This document shows, piece after piece, positions 23,942 to 36,200 of a stretch of 64,000 bases of DNA; position 1 is the first letter of the stretch, and each line of letters begins with the position of its first letter. Both the position numbers and the translations under genes were made by a program. The stretch comes from Anthoceros angustus. Its lineage: Eukaryota > Plantae > Anthocerotophyta. Where the stretch lies: contig MU008182.1 of assembly GCA_010909165.1 (NCBI GenBank), positions 744,001 to 808,000 of the forward strand, written 5' to 3'. A model generated the notes under the pieces. It ran no database searches and had not been told where the DNA came from. It saw only the letters and a program-made list of their open reading frames with translations.

Positions 23942-24251
23942 TCAACTCAGGAGAACCGAAGGTGAAGGAGAAGTTCTCACACAATGGATTCTGTCCAAGC
24001 TTCTTGGCCTCCGATAGGAACTAAGCAACAAAGAAGAGCACACGACGCTGACAAAGCCATTGCTGATCCTGCAACCCACGGCGGAAGACAGAATCTTGTG
24101 AAGTGTACAAAGCACCAGATGCCAGAGGGATACCAACCACATTGTATCCCAATGACAACGTATAGTTCACCCTAATTTGCCTAAATGTCTTGCGCGACAA
24201 GTCAATTGCTGTAATAACGTCCTCCAAATTGTTTCGCATGAGGACGATATC
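23942..24251 (-). pseudogene. HMA5: C-terminal fragment of a P1B heavy-metal ATPase (HMA5-like, TM7-TM8)
   Basis: DIVLMRNNLEDVITAIDLSRKTFRQIRVNYTLSLGYNVVGIPLASGALY / RFCLPPWVAGSAMALS / VSVVCSSLLLSSYRRP, with two frameshifts. No upstream HMA exons are adjacent. Confidence 0.85.
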
Positions 24252-24622
24252 ACGGATCTGTACTAACTAGCTCGAAGATATGTACTAGCTCGAAGGCACT
24301 CAAAATTCCGGAACTCTGGGAGTCTCCAAGCTTGCGTGATTGGCAATCGAGCCAGATCAGATCAGTCGACGAAACCCGGATCATTCAGTTCAATTTCATC
24401 CAAGCAGGGCAAAGGTGAGCACAGCTTGGGAATTGCTTCTTCGATGAAGAAGGAGAATGCCACGACCTGCCATGCCATTGACTCGCCTCCTGTTCCGGCT
24501 CTTGCCAATGAGGTGCCCTGCCAAGAACAAGAAAGAGAGCCCCTGCCCGACACCTTGCTGGCACCAAGAATTTCAGGAAGCGAGACAAAGGAACAAGCAA
24601 GCACCACCACCGGGCCCAGTTA

Positions 24623-25443
24623 TCAAGCAGCTTTCTCTTTGCGCCCGGCGGCAGGCTTGTACAGCAAGGCGAAGATGGAGGAGGCGAGCCAGGTTGCGAG
24701 CAGCGGCGTGAGCCAGTACACGTAGTAGTGCTCCCAGTCCAAATGGCCGCTCCTCAAGAAGGCCCAGGCGAAGGCGTTGGCAGGGTTCATGGCAGGGCCG
24801 GTGTAGGCCTGCCCTAATCCCACCAGCACGATGGTGGCGACGACGATGAGGGCAGTCTTGCCGTGGTCACTCTTAGGACCCTTGAGGACAGCGCCCAGCA
24901 CCGCCAGCGTCATGAGGAAGGTGAGCCCGGCTTCGATGGCGGCCCCCGTGTGCAAGTCCACTTTCAGCTCGGGCCCCCCCAGGTAGTGCTGGTAGTAGTG
25001 CGGCGTGAATTCCCTTGCTGCCAAGGCTCCGCCTGCTGCTCCCACAGCCTGTCAACCACAGCCACAGCTGCTCAGCCAACGGCCATGCCCTAGCTCTCGC
25101 TCGCATGAAGTGATAGCGAGAGCGGGTACCATGTTTCCCTTCCCTTCCCTACCTGAGCCGGGAACCGGACTGCGAAATCCAGCAAGGTGAGGTTGCTCAG
25201 TCCCACCGCCCAGAAGGCCAGCAGGGACGTCGGATTCCAGCTGGCCCCTCCCAATTGCTGCCCCACGGCCGAGAAGATGGTGATGAGCAAAAATATGATA
25301 AAGGCGACGAGAAAGACGGAGGAATTGGCAGACAAGCCCAGAGGCCTGGCCAGCCAGTCCACCACGGCGCCCAGCGGCCCCGTCAAGAGCACCCACAGAA
25401 ACGTCAGACCGGCATCTGCCAGCGCCAGCTTTACGAGCCCCAT
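24623..25443 (-). CDS. SIP1: Small basic intrinsic protein (SIP1-type aquaporin), 238 aa
   Basis: Exons 25443-25153 and 25048-24623. GGASWNPT and GPAMNPANAFAWA loops, GGPELKVDLHTGA, and a C-terminal KEKAA dilysine-like ER signal. Confidence 0.95.
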
Positions 25444-27826
25444 GGACCAAGCAACGACAACGAGCAGTTTGCCGGAGCCTGTCAAGCGAGGCGAAGTTCA
25501 ATCTACATACACTGCACATTTAGACTCTTTCTGGCCTTTATCACACTTTGCATGGCTCAAAATCTCCGTATCAGCAAATCTCCAGCTTCTAAAATGGTTT
25601 GTCTTGAAAAAGATACTCCACTGAACATATCTTAACCCTAAAAGTCATGCTCAACGTGACGGTGTTGGGCACAGCATGCTCTTGGTGTGTGTCCGCAAGC
25701 TGCTACTGGTGTTACACAACACGCCATCGCCATTGCCTAACAAACAATAATCGGTTTTATCCTTGCAACTACTTCAACGTCTCCGCCACAGCCTGCGGCA
25801 TGGTCAGCCGCACAGAAATCTGCACATGGTGCCGCGCGCTAGTGTTGAAGGACCTCCTTCAACAAAGCGAGCATTGCTTGCTTCTCCAAAAGGGAAAGGA
25901 GTAACAGGTCCAAACTAGACAACATTGCCAAGATATTGTATATCTGCAACAAAGGGTCCTTCGGTCCTTCCCCCTTAATTGAAGACCGAGAGTTCGGCGA
26001 AGCTTCTTGATGCCTCGGAGCGCTAGCTCCATCAATTGATGAAGCAACATATTTTGGTTGTTGATGAAGAGAGGTCTTGATCAGGTGAAGAGACAGAGAG
26101 GATTGAGCACGCTCGAAGGGCAAGTCAGGGAAGGCTTCATTTTTCCTTGAATTCCGTCCTTTGGACATTCGACAACAAGAAGAGGGTCGTTTACAACGAG
26201 TATTACTAACTGACAAGGTAAACAACTTGGTGTACTGCAGCAGAACCTCGGGCAGTGAAGACGTTAGGCGTGAGGAATCTTCACTGGAGCTAGCACAGCC
26301 AGCTACATCTACTATGGCGACAACAAGGGTCAAGACTCCTGTTTTGGCAGTTGCTCCTGCCGAATCTGGGGAGGTGGAGACCGAGCCTCAGGGCCTCCAT
26401 TCAGGTGATGACTCGTCGGGTTGATCCTTGGACTCATGGGCCTGAGCCTACAACGGTTGATTAGAGACTCATGACTCCACCGCACCAACGGATCCGGATG
26501 CTGTCACGGCAAGGAGTCATATTCAAGGCTCTCCTCTGCAAAAATGTTAGGTCAGTTTCTAACCCAACCCCGTCCTCTAAGGCCGACAGTCAGTTATCGC
26601 CCTTTGTCCAACCCTCCCCCCTAATAATGCCTTTAGCACGTCGTGCTGATGCTGTATCTCCTCCTCACCCTCCCCATGTCCCTGCATCTGAGTTTTCCAA
26701 TTAGTTAAGGGCAAAAATGTTATGGAATCCTTTTATAAGGATCTGGATGAGGGCACTAGTAAGAGCAGTTTTTCCTTGGTTGTTTGTCTTTTTTGGGCAC
26801 ACTAATCTGACTATTGTTTATTTTTTGTGCATGATGGGCTAAAAGGTTGGTTGAGCTTTCTAAACCCTAAACCAACCTCTTAACAAGAACTCGTGAGCGG
26901 TCGTGGAGTTACAGCCACGAGCATGAGAGGGGGAAGGACGGCCTCCACCCGCCATGGACAAATACCCTAAACCCTAAAGAGAATGCACGAGCGAAGAAGC
27001 AAGCGGAGGCGGGATGGAAGGAAGCGACGGAAGGGGCGGGACGGAAGAAGCGGAGTCGGGGTGGGAGGAAGTAGCAGCGGAAGGAAAGAAGAGAGAACTG
27101 AGGGCAAAGCCTTAACCTAAGGCTGGGTGACTGGGTTCGCATGAACCCGAACCCGGAGAGTGAAGTCCGGGCCGGAGTTGGGGTGCACGGTTCACATGTG
27201 CCCCGATGAGAGCCCGGATTTTCCATCTTTTACCTGGTATTAATGGTTTACGTGACCGGTTGTGCCTGTCGGTCCGTAGAAACTCCAAACCTTAGTGGTC
27301 GGGAGTACTTTTGGCTAATATTTAACGAAGATAATATGTATTAAATTTTAATATAAACTTTTTAATTTTAATTTTAATTTTTTTTTAAATCCTTGAAATA
27401 AATATGTTAAATTGGCCTAAAGAAATTTGTGAGTGAGGTCTGCCTCAGCTCATTTCTTAAGTAATTACGCATATCCCTCTCTATAACATGTAATTTTCTC
27501 ATGGTGTCAAATATATTAACCTCACGCTCCCTCAAAAATGTGTGTTAGACCTCTATTGCTACCTGCACTTGAGTTGAAGAAAAAACACCTGAATGGGAGC
27601 AGCCACAACATCATCACGAACATCAGCATCCTCTGCTTCATGACCATCATTTTCATCTTCAATCGGAGGAAGGATAGATGCCCAAATCAATTCGTCCAAA
27701 GGATGAATGAAGTCTAGAACCCATATTAGAACCTCTTGTGTGAGCAAGATTGAAAAGGGCACCAGCCAACCGGCGCCCTCCCCTTTGTTCCTTTGTGGTG
27801 TTGACTAACAATCGTGTGATTGGCAG

Positions 27827-27922
27827 CAACTCAAGGATATTAAAGTTCTATCAAAACTTCCAGATGTCTTCCAACATTTCATTTTTGAGGTTAATAATTG
27901 GAAAGGACTGGAGGACGAGCAG
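27827..27922 (+). pseudogene. 5' part of the interrupted beta-class DNA methyltransferase exon (upstream of the LTR insertion)
   Basis: CTAAC branch point and GGCAG acceptor at 27826, then 32 open codons QLKDIKVLSKLPDVFQHFIFEVNNWKGLEDEQ ending in the TSD AGCAG. It continues in frame at 40130. Confidence 0.7.
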
Positions 27923-29310
27923 TGTGGCGGGACTTTTGCTGATGGCCAGCCGGGCGCGCACAATCCCGTGTCGTTGTAGGAAGGAGTCCGTTCCCAAGGG
28001 AATGATAGGCCTGCATCGCGTTTCGTGTTTCTACCGTCCTTAGCGCTGCTCGCCTCAACACACATACTCCTAATCGCCACAACGTTTCACCGCAGCCGGT
28101 ATGGCCAAGCGTTTAAGGACCAAGGCCAGTCGATTGCTCACATACATCCTCACGCATCCGCCCTTTCCTCTCTCCTCACGCTACACTCTTCGCCTTAGAA
28201 AAGACGCTGGTTACGCAGATCGACCTCCTCCGCTGCTCCGGGCCTCTCCGTCTGTGCTCTACACGCCTCCGAGTTCCTCCGCCACGCGGCCTCGGTCGGA
28301 TCGCTTCGGACGAGCACGGTCATCACCCCACCTTCCCCGCACACACCACAACGCTAAGTCCGTCACGTGACCTTGATCAATCTCCCGAGTTCCTCCGCTG
28401 CTCGCCGACTCAGACTCACGTTAGCAAGAAGACTCACAAAGGTCTGCAAGAACGCGCATCAACACCAAGAGAAAGATGCTTTACTAGAGCACCATATCGC
28501 GCCCAAGGTGGCGCCTTTATTACACCCCCTATTCGAGCCGATAGCGCCGATACCCTAATCGGCCGCCTACCACCTATCCCCTATCTCCTTCGCCGACTGG
28601 CTGGGAAGGTCCTGGCCCCGCCGGAATGGGTGGTCCAACTTCGTCCCGACAGCCAGTGGTGCACCCAATCGGATGATCCGTGAGGCGGGCCCTCCTCTCC
28701 CGAATCGCCGTTGTTACGGCGGCGGTTCGACAACCGCTACCACGACGTCATCCTCCCCTCCCTCCTCCCAATCTCCTGTTATACTGGCGGTTCGACAACC
28801 GCTACCACGACGTCATCCTCCCTCCTCCTCCTTGGCCGCTTGTGGAAGTAACCGGGCTGAAGGCGCTGTCCGTAGAATCGCCAGGGGTCTGCATGGCTTA
28901 CTCGACCCTACGCCCGCTTACTCGCCTTACGCTGCAGCTCGTGAATACCGCTATAACGGCCTGCAAGGTTACGGCCCCGCCTACTGCATGCCCGACCTCC
29001 ACTGTGGCCCACGTGGCGCCGCCTCGTCATCCTCACGCCCGCCTCCTAGGTCGCGCATTTATCCTATTTTGACTGGAGTGGGTTCCGGACTTATCCTATT
29101 TTGACACAGGTGGGTTCGGACTTATCCGTTACTCGGCGTAGTCCGAGCTTGCCATAGTGGTACCGGGTCCGTTGTTCACTCCGAGTCCGAGTATACTCCG
29201 AGCCTCGTCCGGCGCTACCCCAATTTATTCCTCCTTTCCGCCTTATTTATCCTTCAATCCTAAAAACAAACCCTACTTATTTCTTAACTCCTGGAAGTGC
29301 ATAGCCCACA
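27923..29310 (-). repeat. 3' LTR of gypsy element 1
   Basis: Homologous to 38869-40124, TG...CA termini, adjacent PPT. Confidence 0.9.
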
Positions 29311-31562
29311 TACTCCCTTCTCATCTCACATGCCTCGCCAACACTAAGCATGATACTTCTTCACCCGCCACCCGCTCACCCGAGTGGGCAATCTCCATCT
29401 AGCCGTCAGAATGGACGGACCCGTTGTCATATACTTGCACCACTTGGTACGGACCCATCCATCTCGTGAAGTTTGCTCGAAAATGCATGTCGACTATCAT
29501 AAAGGAGGGCCAGTCCCTTCCTTTACATACTCCCGATTCATGATCGGCGATCGTGCCAAATCTTCACCGGTTTTGCACCAATGCATCTTCACCGAGCTTC
29601 TTCCCCGTCCTCCGTAGGCCGACAAACCCCAAGAGTCGCCGAGCTGGCTTTCCTCCTCCTCCCTTCCATCATTACTCGAAAAGTGGGCACTTCAAACTCA
29701 CCGGCATTACGGAGAGTGTCCGAGGTCAAGAAGCAGGTCCGTGTGGTCACCGCCGTCCGAACGCCCACAGGCGGATGGCGGGTATCCTACCATGGGCGTA
29801 GTTCATCGTGAGTTTATTCAGATCCCGCAGATGAGCCCATTTGTCTTCTCTGTCACCCATTGGCCTTAGGATTGTAGGGTGCTCATGATTGATGCCGAAA
29901 TACTCCGTCATGGCGGCCACCACATCATTAAGGAAATGGGTTCCCCTATCACTTACCAACCGCAGCGACATCCGCATCGGGTTATGATGTTCTCGACAGA
30001 ATTTGGCCACGATTTGCGGAGTCCGTTCTTGTCGCCACCGCCTCTACCCACCGGTGCGAGTCCGCCACCGTGATGTATCTCCTTTGTGTGTGTCTTGTCG
30101 AGGTCAGAGTAGGTCCAACAAAGTCAATACCCCACTTTTCGAAGGTGCGGTGCCAATATCGGTACTAGCGGCCACCGTGTCGCCGGGTTGGCTTTCCGAT
30201 CCGCCGACAAGCATCACACTTCTTCACAAACCGGTGGGTGTCCCCATACATTGTTGGCCACCAAGATCCCGCCCAAATCTTTTGGTGGTGACTGTCTTTG
30301 CGTAGTGTCCACCCCAATCCTTCGTGCATTCCTCGACGACCGCCTCCTGCTCTCCGGCAAGTACCTTCGCTCTACCGGCCCTAATTTGAACACACACCGT
30401 TGTACATTCTCAAGGGTCGAGCATAGTGCACGAATGCCTCCTCCGTCCACGAGTCGATTTTCGGAAGCTCCATTCCCAGGTACCGCCTATTTCTTCGTAG
30501 GTTTGACGACCGCGCCTCCCTTCTCCGCTCGCTAAGGCCGCTCGTAGCTTGGGGTTCGGTGGGCTCCGGTTGTACTTTTATCGCGGCAACCAATGTCTCA
30601 TCCGGAACGCATCTTCCCGATCTCTCAACACCGCCTGCTTTCAATCGTGATGAAATCGCATTTTGGTGCCGCCTCCCTTGTCTTGTTTCCACTTCAACGT
30701 GAACTCCTCGCAACAATATCCACCTTGCTATCCGTCCGACAGTCCGCCTTTATTCACCGGATGCTTCAACAAGAAGTGGTCTACATAGAACACAAACTCA
30801 CCGGTAGTAGGTAGTGTCGAATTTCTTGACAAGATATACCATACCCGGCTTCGGCCTGTAGTTGTGTATTTTCGCGTGGGTGAGCCGTCAGTAGTATACG
30901 GATAATCCGCTTGTCGTCCTTCCGCTCAAGACTACTCCGATAGCAAAAGCGGACACATCTACATACACATGAAATTTCTGCTCGATCCGGTCCTCTTAGA
31001 ACCGGCGCTTACCAAGGTGTTCTCAGAATCAAAGGCCTCCTCTCGCCTCCGTGACTGTGTCCAAACCTCCTCCTTCCGCAGAGTTCGCCAACTTAGCCCT
31101 CTTCGCAAAGTCCTTAATAAACCGCGTAGTATCCCACCATTCCTGTGAAACCTCTCACCTCCTTTAGGTCTGCGGGGAGAGACTGGATGACCGGACCTTG
31201 TCCCGTCCACCTCGATTCCCCGCCGACACCCGATGTCCCAAAGAAGATTCCCTCCGTCATTCCAAAGTAGCATTTCTCGGTGTAGGCTCAATTGAGTCTC
31301 CTGCGCCTCAAGCACCTTCTTAGATGCCCAAGGTGTTTGTCCCGCTCCCCATGCACACAAAATCATCCAGAATATCTCCATGAAGTCCCTCGAAGTCACC
31401 AAGACGTTGGTCACCATACGCATGAACGACTCGGCCCGGCCATCCCAAAGGCACTTCTCTTGTAGGCAAACGCACAGTAGGTGAAGGTCGCCTTGTCCCA
31501 TCACTCCCTTAGGTGCAATTGGTTATATCCGAGTAGCCATCCAGAAGGAGTAAGTAGTCCGT

Positions 31563-33205
31563 CCACCACCTTGTCCAAAATGTCTCACGAATGGCATCGG
31601 AAGTGGTCCTTCTCCGCTATGCGTTGAGCTTCCTCCAATCTTGGCATACCCGAATTTGGCCGCTTTCTTGGGAACCACCACACCCGACCCACTCACTGCT
31701 GACGATGGGGAAAATGATGTCTGCCTCGGTACTTATCAAGGACCTCCTTCACCTTGATCGAATACTTGGGGTTGAGCTTGTATTGGATTCGACCGCACCG
31801 CCTCCGGCTTCAAATCGATCTTATGCTCTCCCACTTCTTCTAATGCCCTTCATGTCCGTGACCTTGAAGGCGAACACCTCAAACTCCCCAAGAATGCTTT
31901 AGTCCTTCCTTCAGTCCGAGGCATGCCTTTCTTAAACTTCGTGAATTTGGCCGGACCTCCACTTCTTCCACGCCGTCCGGGTTCACTGCCTCCTCCTCTC
32001 GCCTCCGTGACTGTGTCCAAACCCCTCGCCTCCTCCTGGGATCGCCCTCTCGCATCCCCATTCTCAAGAGCTCGTCGGAGGTGAATCGTGTTACTCCTTC
32101 GATGTCCGCTTCCTTGGTCCGACTCACTGCCTCCCCAGCCGGGTCCGACCTCCTCTTCACTTCCTTCCTCCATTTGTGGCGACTCAAAACAATCAACCAC
32201 TTCCGCCAAAGGCATCCCCAGAGTCCATCTCCTCCTCGGACCGGATCTTGGCGAAAGGGTACGCCTCCTGAACTATCTTGTTCGTCGCCGGTGGAGTCCT
32301 CCACGAGGTATACCCTTCTAGTGCTCAGCTTCCCACAATAGGTGTCCTTGCTCCGTGATAGCAACCTCCCTTCTCGCACCTTAGGGTCCCACCACCTTGT
32401 CCAAAATGTCTCACGAATGGCATCGGAAGTGGTCCTTCTCCGCTTGCTGAGCTTCCTCCAATCTTGGCATCATGAATTTGTCTGGCTTTTGGGAACCACC
32501 ACAATCGGCGCGACCCACTCGTTGACGATGGGGAAAATGATGTCCGCCTGTACTTATCAAGGACCTCCTTCACCTTGATCGAATACTTGGGGTTGAGCTT
32601 GTATTGTCGGATTCGACCGCACCGCCTCGGCTTCAAATCGATCTTATGCTCTCCCACTTCTAATGCCCTTCATGTCCGTGACCTTGAAGGCGAACACCTC
32701 ATAAAACTCCCCAGTGCTTTAGTCCTTCCTTCAGTCCGGAGGCATGCCTTTCTTAAACTTCGAATTTGCTGGCCGGACCTCCACTTCTTCCACGCCGTCC
32801 GGGTTCACCGCCTCCTGCTCGCCTCGGCCCAAACCCCTCGTCCTCCTCGGGATCGCCCTCTCGCATCCCCATTCTCAAGAGCTCGTCGAGGTGAATCGTG
32901 TTACTCCTTCGATGTCCGCTGGTCCGACTCTTCACTGCCTCCCCCCGGTCCGACCTCCTCTTCACTTCCTTCCTCCGGCCCGTTGTGGCGTTTACTCAAA
33001 ACAATCAACCACTTCCGCCAAAGGCATCCACGGTAGTCCATCTCCTCCTCGGACCGGATCTTGGCGAAAGGGTACGCCTCCTGAACTATCTTGTTCCGCT
33101 GGAGTCCTCCACGAGGTATACCCTTCGGTAGTGCTCAGCCCCACAATAGGTGTCCTTGCTCCGGTGATAGCAACCTCCCTTCTCGCACCTTAGGGTCCCA
33201 CCACC
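31563..33205. repeat. Tandem duplication in gypsy-1 pol (units of 826 and 809 bp) bounded by CCACCACC microhomology
   Basis: CCACCACC occurs at 31563-31570, 32389-32396 and 33198-33205. Confidence 0.85.
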
Positions 33206-36200
33206 GGCTTGAAGTGAATCTCCTTCCTTCCAAAGTGTAGTGTCTGGCCAACCCACCATGGCCGCCCAAAGAACACCTCATACCCTAATGGTCCGGCCGG
33301 TTTGATCACAACAAAATCCAGCTTTGTAGGGTGCGCTATGGTGGCCAAGACTCTGCTAACTCCTCACGGATCTCTTCTTGACATGTCCGCCATTCTCGAG
33401 TCTTCGTTGAGGGTTCAAGGATGTGAAGCCCAATCGTGCTTCGTGATGAGGTTGACTCGGACCCGTGTCCAACGGTACATCCTTGATGATACATCCAAAT
33501 CTCCACTTGTACCATCGGGCGCCTGGGTCCGTATGGGACACCACCCTCACTTCCACTGTATACCCTTCCGGCTTTGGTGCTCCGAGGCTGGTTTCCCTAA
33601 CGGCCCGACGGACCTCCGGTATTTCGGGTTATCCTCGGCCCGAAGACACAAGGTGCCGATTCATCATCGTCCACATTAAAGGCGAGGCTTCTACCCCAAT
33701 CGAGGATCCTCGGCCCTCATCCTCTCCCGGTCACTGTTCGGTATTCTCCGGATGCTTGCGCATTTCCTCCGCAACATCTCGGTCACCTCCGGACTACGTC
33801 CGGTGGAAATCGGCGGCCGCGGAGGCACCGCTCCTTCTCCTGTCTGACGAGAACTTCCTTCGGTAATCCCTCCCAGAGCTGCGTCCACCTCCTTCATGGC
33901 CGGATCCTCTCGGTATTTCCGCTTGATTGCCTTCCTCGGCCCGTGACCTCCTCTTGTTCTTCTTCAATCGGCGCCTTTCTCGCCGCTCCTTCCTTCGGCC
34001 ACGAGTAGACACCTCCAAGATTTCCACGCCCGACTCCTTCCTTTCTACCCCAATCGAGGATCCTCCGGCCCTCATCCTCCCGGTCACTTGTTCGTATTCT
34101 CCGGATGCTTGCGCATTTCCTCCCGCAACATCTCGCACCTCCTGACCACGTCCGGTGGAAATCGGCTGCCGCGGAGGCACCGCTCCTTCTCCTGTCTGCG
34201 GAGAACTTCCTTCGGTAATCCCTCCCAGAGCCGCCCGCCTCCTTCATCGGTCGGATCCTCCCGGTATTTCCGCTTGATTGCCTTCCTCGGCCCGTGACGC
34301 TTCTCCATCTTGTTCTTTCGCGCCTTTCGCCGCCTCCTTCCTTCGGCCACGAGTAGACACCTCCAAGATTTCCACGCCCGACTCCCTTCCTTTCGACCCC
34401 CACCGCACCTTCTTGTTCTTTCCATCTCGCACTGGAATCTCTTCCCACTCCGCCAATCGAGCATCTTCGACTTGCAGTCTTAGGAGGTGGCGTTGGTGGT
34501 CGGGTTCTTGGTGGCATATCGTACCGCCTTGTGCGGGGTTGGGACATAGCGCATCTCATATATGCCCACCGCTTGCCGCCACACTCAAGTCCCCATTACC
34601 CCGCCTGGGTACGGACACGCGTTGGAGTAATGGCGATTCCCAGCCCAGCACACTACCGACGGAGGATACGAAGGCTCCCATGCGGTCTTTGCATCGGTGG
34701 GGCCCGTTGTATTGACGGACCTCCGGACTACGTCCGGTGGAAGCTGCGTCGCCGTCGCGGAGGCACCGTTCCTTCTCACATCTGGGAGAACTTCCTTGGG
34801 TAATCCCTCCGTGAGCTGCCGTCCAGCCCTCCTTCATCGGTCGGATCCTCTGCTATTTCCGTTTGATTGCCTTCCTCGGCGTCGTGGCGCTTCGATCTTG
34901 TTCTTCTTGGCGCCTTTCTCGTCGCTCCTTCCTTGACTCTGATGACACCTCAAGATTTCCCCGACTCCCTTCCTTTCGACACCACCGTACCTTCTTGTTC
35001 TTTCCATCTCGCGTACCTCACAGGGATCTCTTCCCACTCCATGGAGCATCTTGACTTGCCGTCTGTACGGTCTTAGGAGGTGGCGTTGGTGGTCGGGTTC
35101 TCCGCTTGGTGTGGCATATCGCCGTCCTTGTCGGGGTTGGGACATAGCGTCTTGCATGCCATGCCACCTTGCGATCGCCACCGGGCTCGAAGTCCCCATT
35201 ACCACCTCGTTGGAGTACGGACGCGTTGGAGTAATGGCGAGATTCGCGGTTCCAAGACCACGGCCGTCGGAGGATACGAAGGGCTCCCATGCGGTCTTTG
35301 CATCGGTGGGGCCCGTTGTGGACCTCCGGTTGGCGGATACATGGTTTTGGGATATCGCGCCCCGGAGGGGCTTCTGCACTGATAGGCCTCTTCCCATTGC
35401 TCCTCGCCTCCTCCTCGTATTCGTAGTCCACTTGATGCACCGGCCTTGAGGCGCTTGATTTCGAATGGCCGTGTTGCCGCACGGCACACCGTAGATGCTC
35501 GCACCGTAGTCGGTGTTTTCCGCCTTGGCCCCTTAACTGGTTTATCGCTGTCCTCTACTCTCTTTATCACTTTTTCCAGTCCTCCTGCACTGCCACCTCC
35601 TTGAGGGAGTCGGGTCCGGAGCTTCTGACCGGCTGGTGTCACCACCTCCTTCTTACCCCGCTTTTTAGCCGGGCCTTCTTGCTCTTCTTCTGGGATACTC
35701 TTCCTCGCTAGAGACCTCTCCTTCTTCTGACGCTCCTCCTCCAAGACACCTCCGATTGGTCTTCCTCCTCCTCAAGACTCTTCCTCCTGAGTCCGAACCC
35801 CGCTTCTTCTTCTTCTTGCCTCCTTGAGCGGATTTCTTTATCCTCCGATGTAGCGATTCCTCGTAGTTTTCGGCCGCCTCGACCGCCTTGCCCACGCCCT
35901 TCTCGGCCAGGCAGGACGTGCTCGCCATGGGTTTGGCTAGACCGGCCGAACCACCGCTTGCATCGTGGTATGGGTTGGATGCCGATCCTCGGGCATAGAA
36001 CCGATGTACGAGCCCATTTCTCCTTCTTCCTCGCCTGATTTTCCAACTTTGATAATACATACCCTCCCGGTCGATCCTCGAAACCGCTCTAAGAAGGCAT
36101 TTTCAAAGCTTCAAACGAGGCGGGTGGGGCATTCTCCTGGTCGGTACTTTCTCCGATACCATTGAGCACCGTCCCTGAGAACCCCTTGAAAAGCTGGATG

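Noticed and set aside
12495-25443. Ferritin + PyrD + HMA fragment + SIP1 as a metal-homeostasis gene cluster
   Set aside because: eIF2B-epsilon is interspersed, the HMA is only a fragment, and no shared regulatory signal is visible. Chance adjacency in a compact genome is sufficient.
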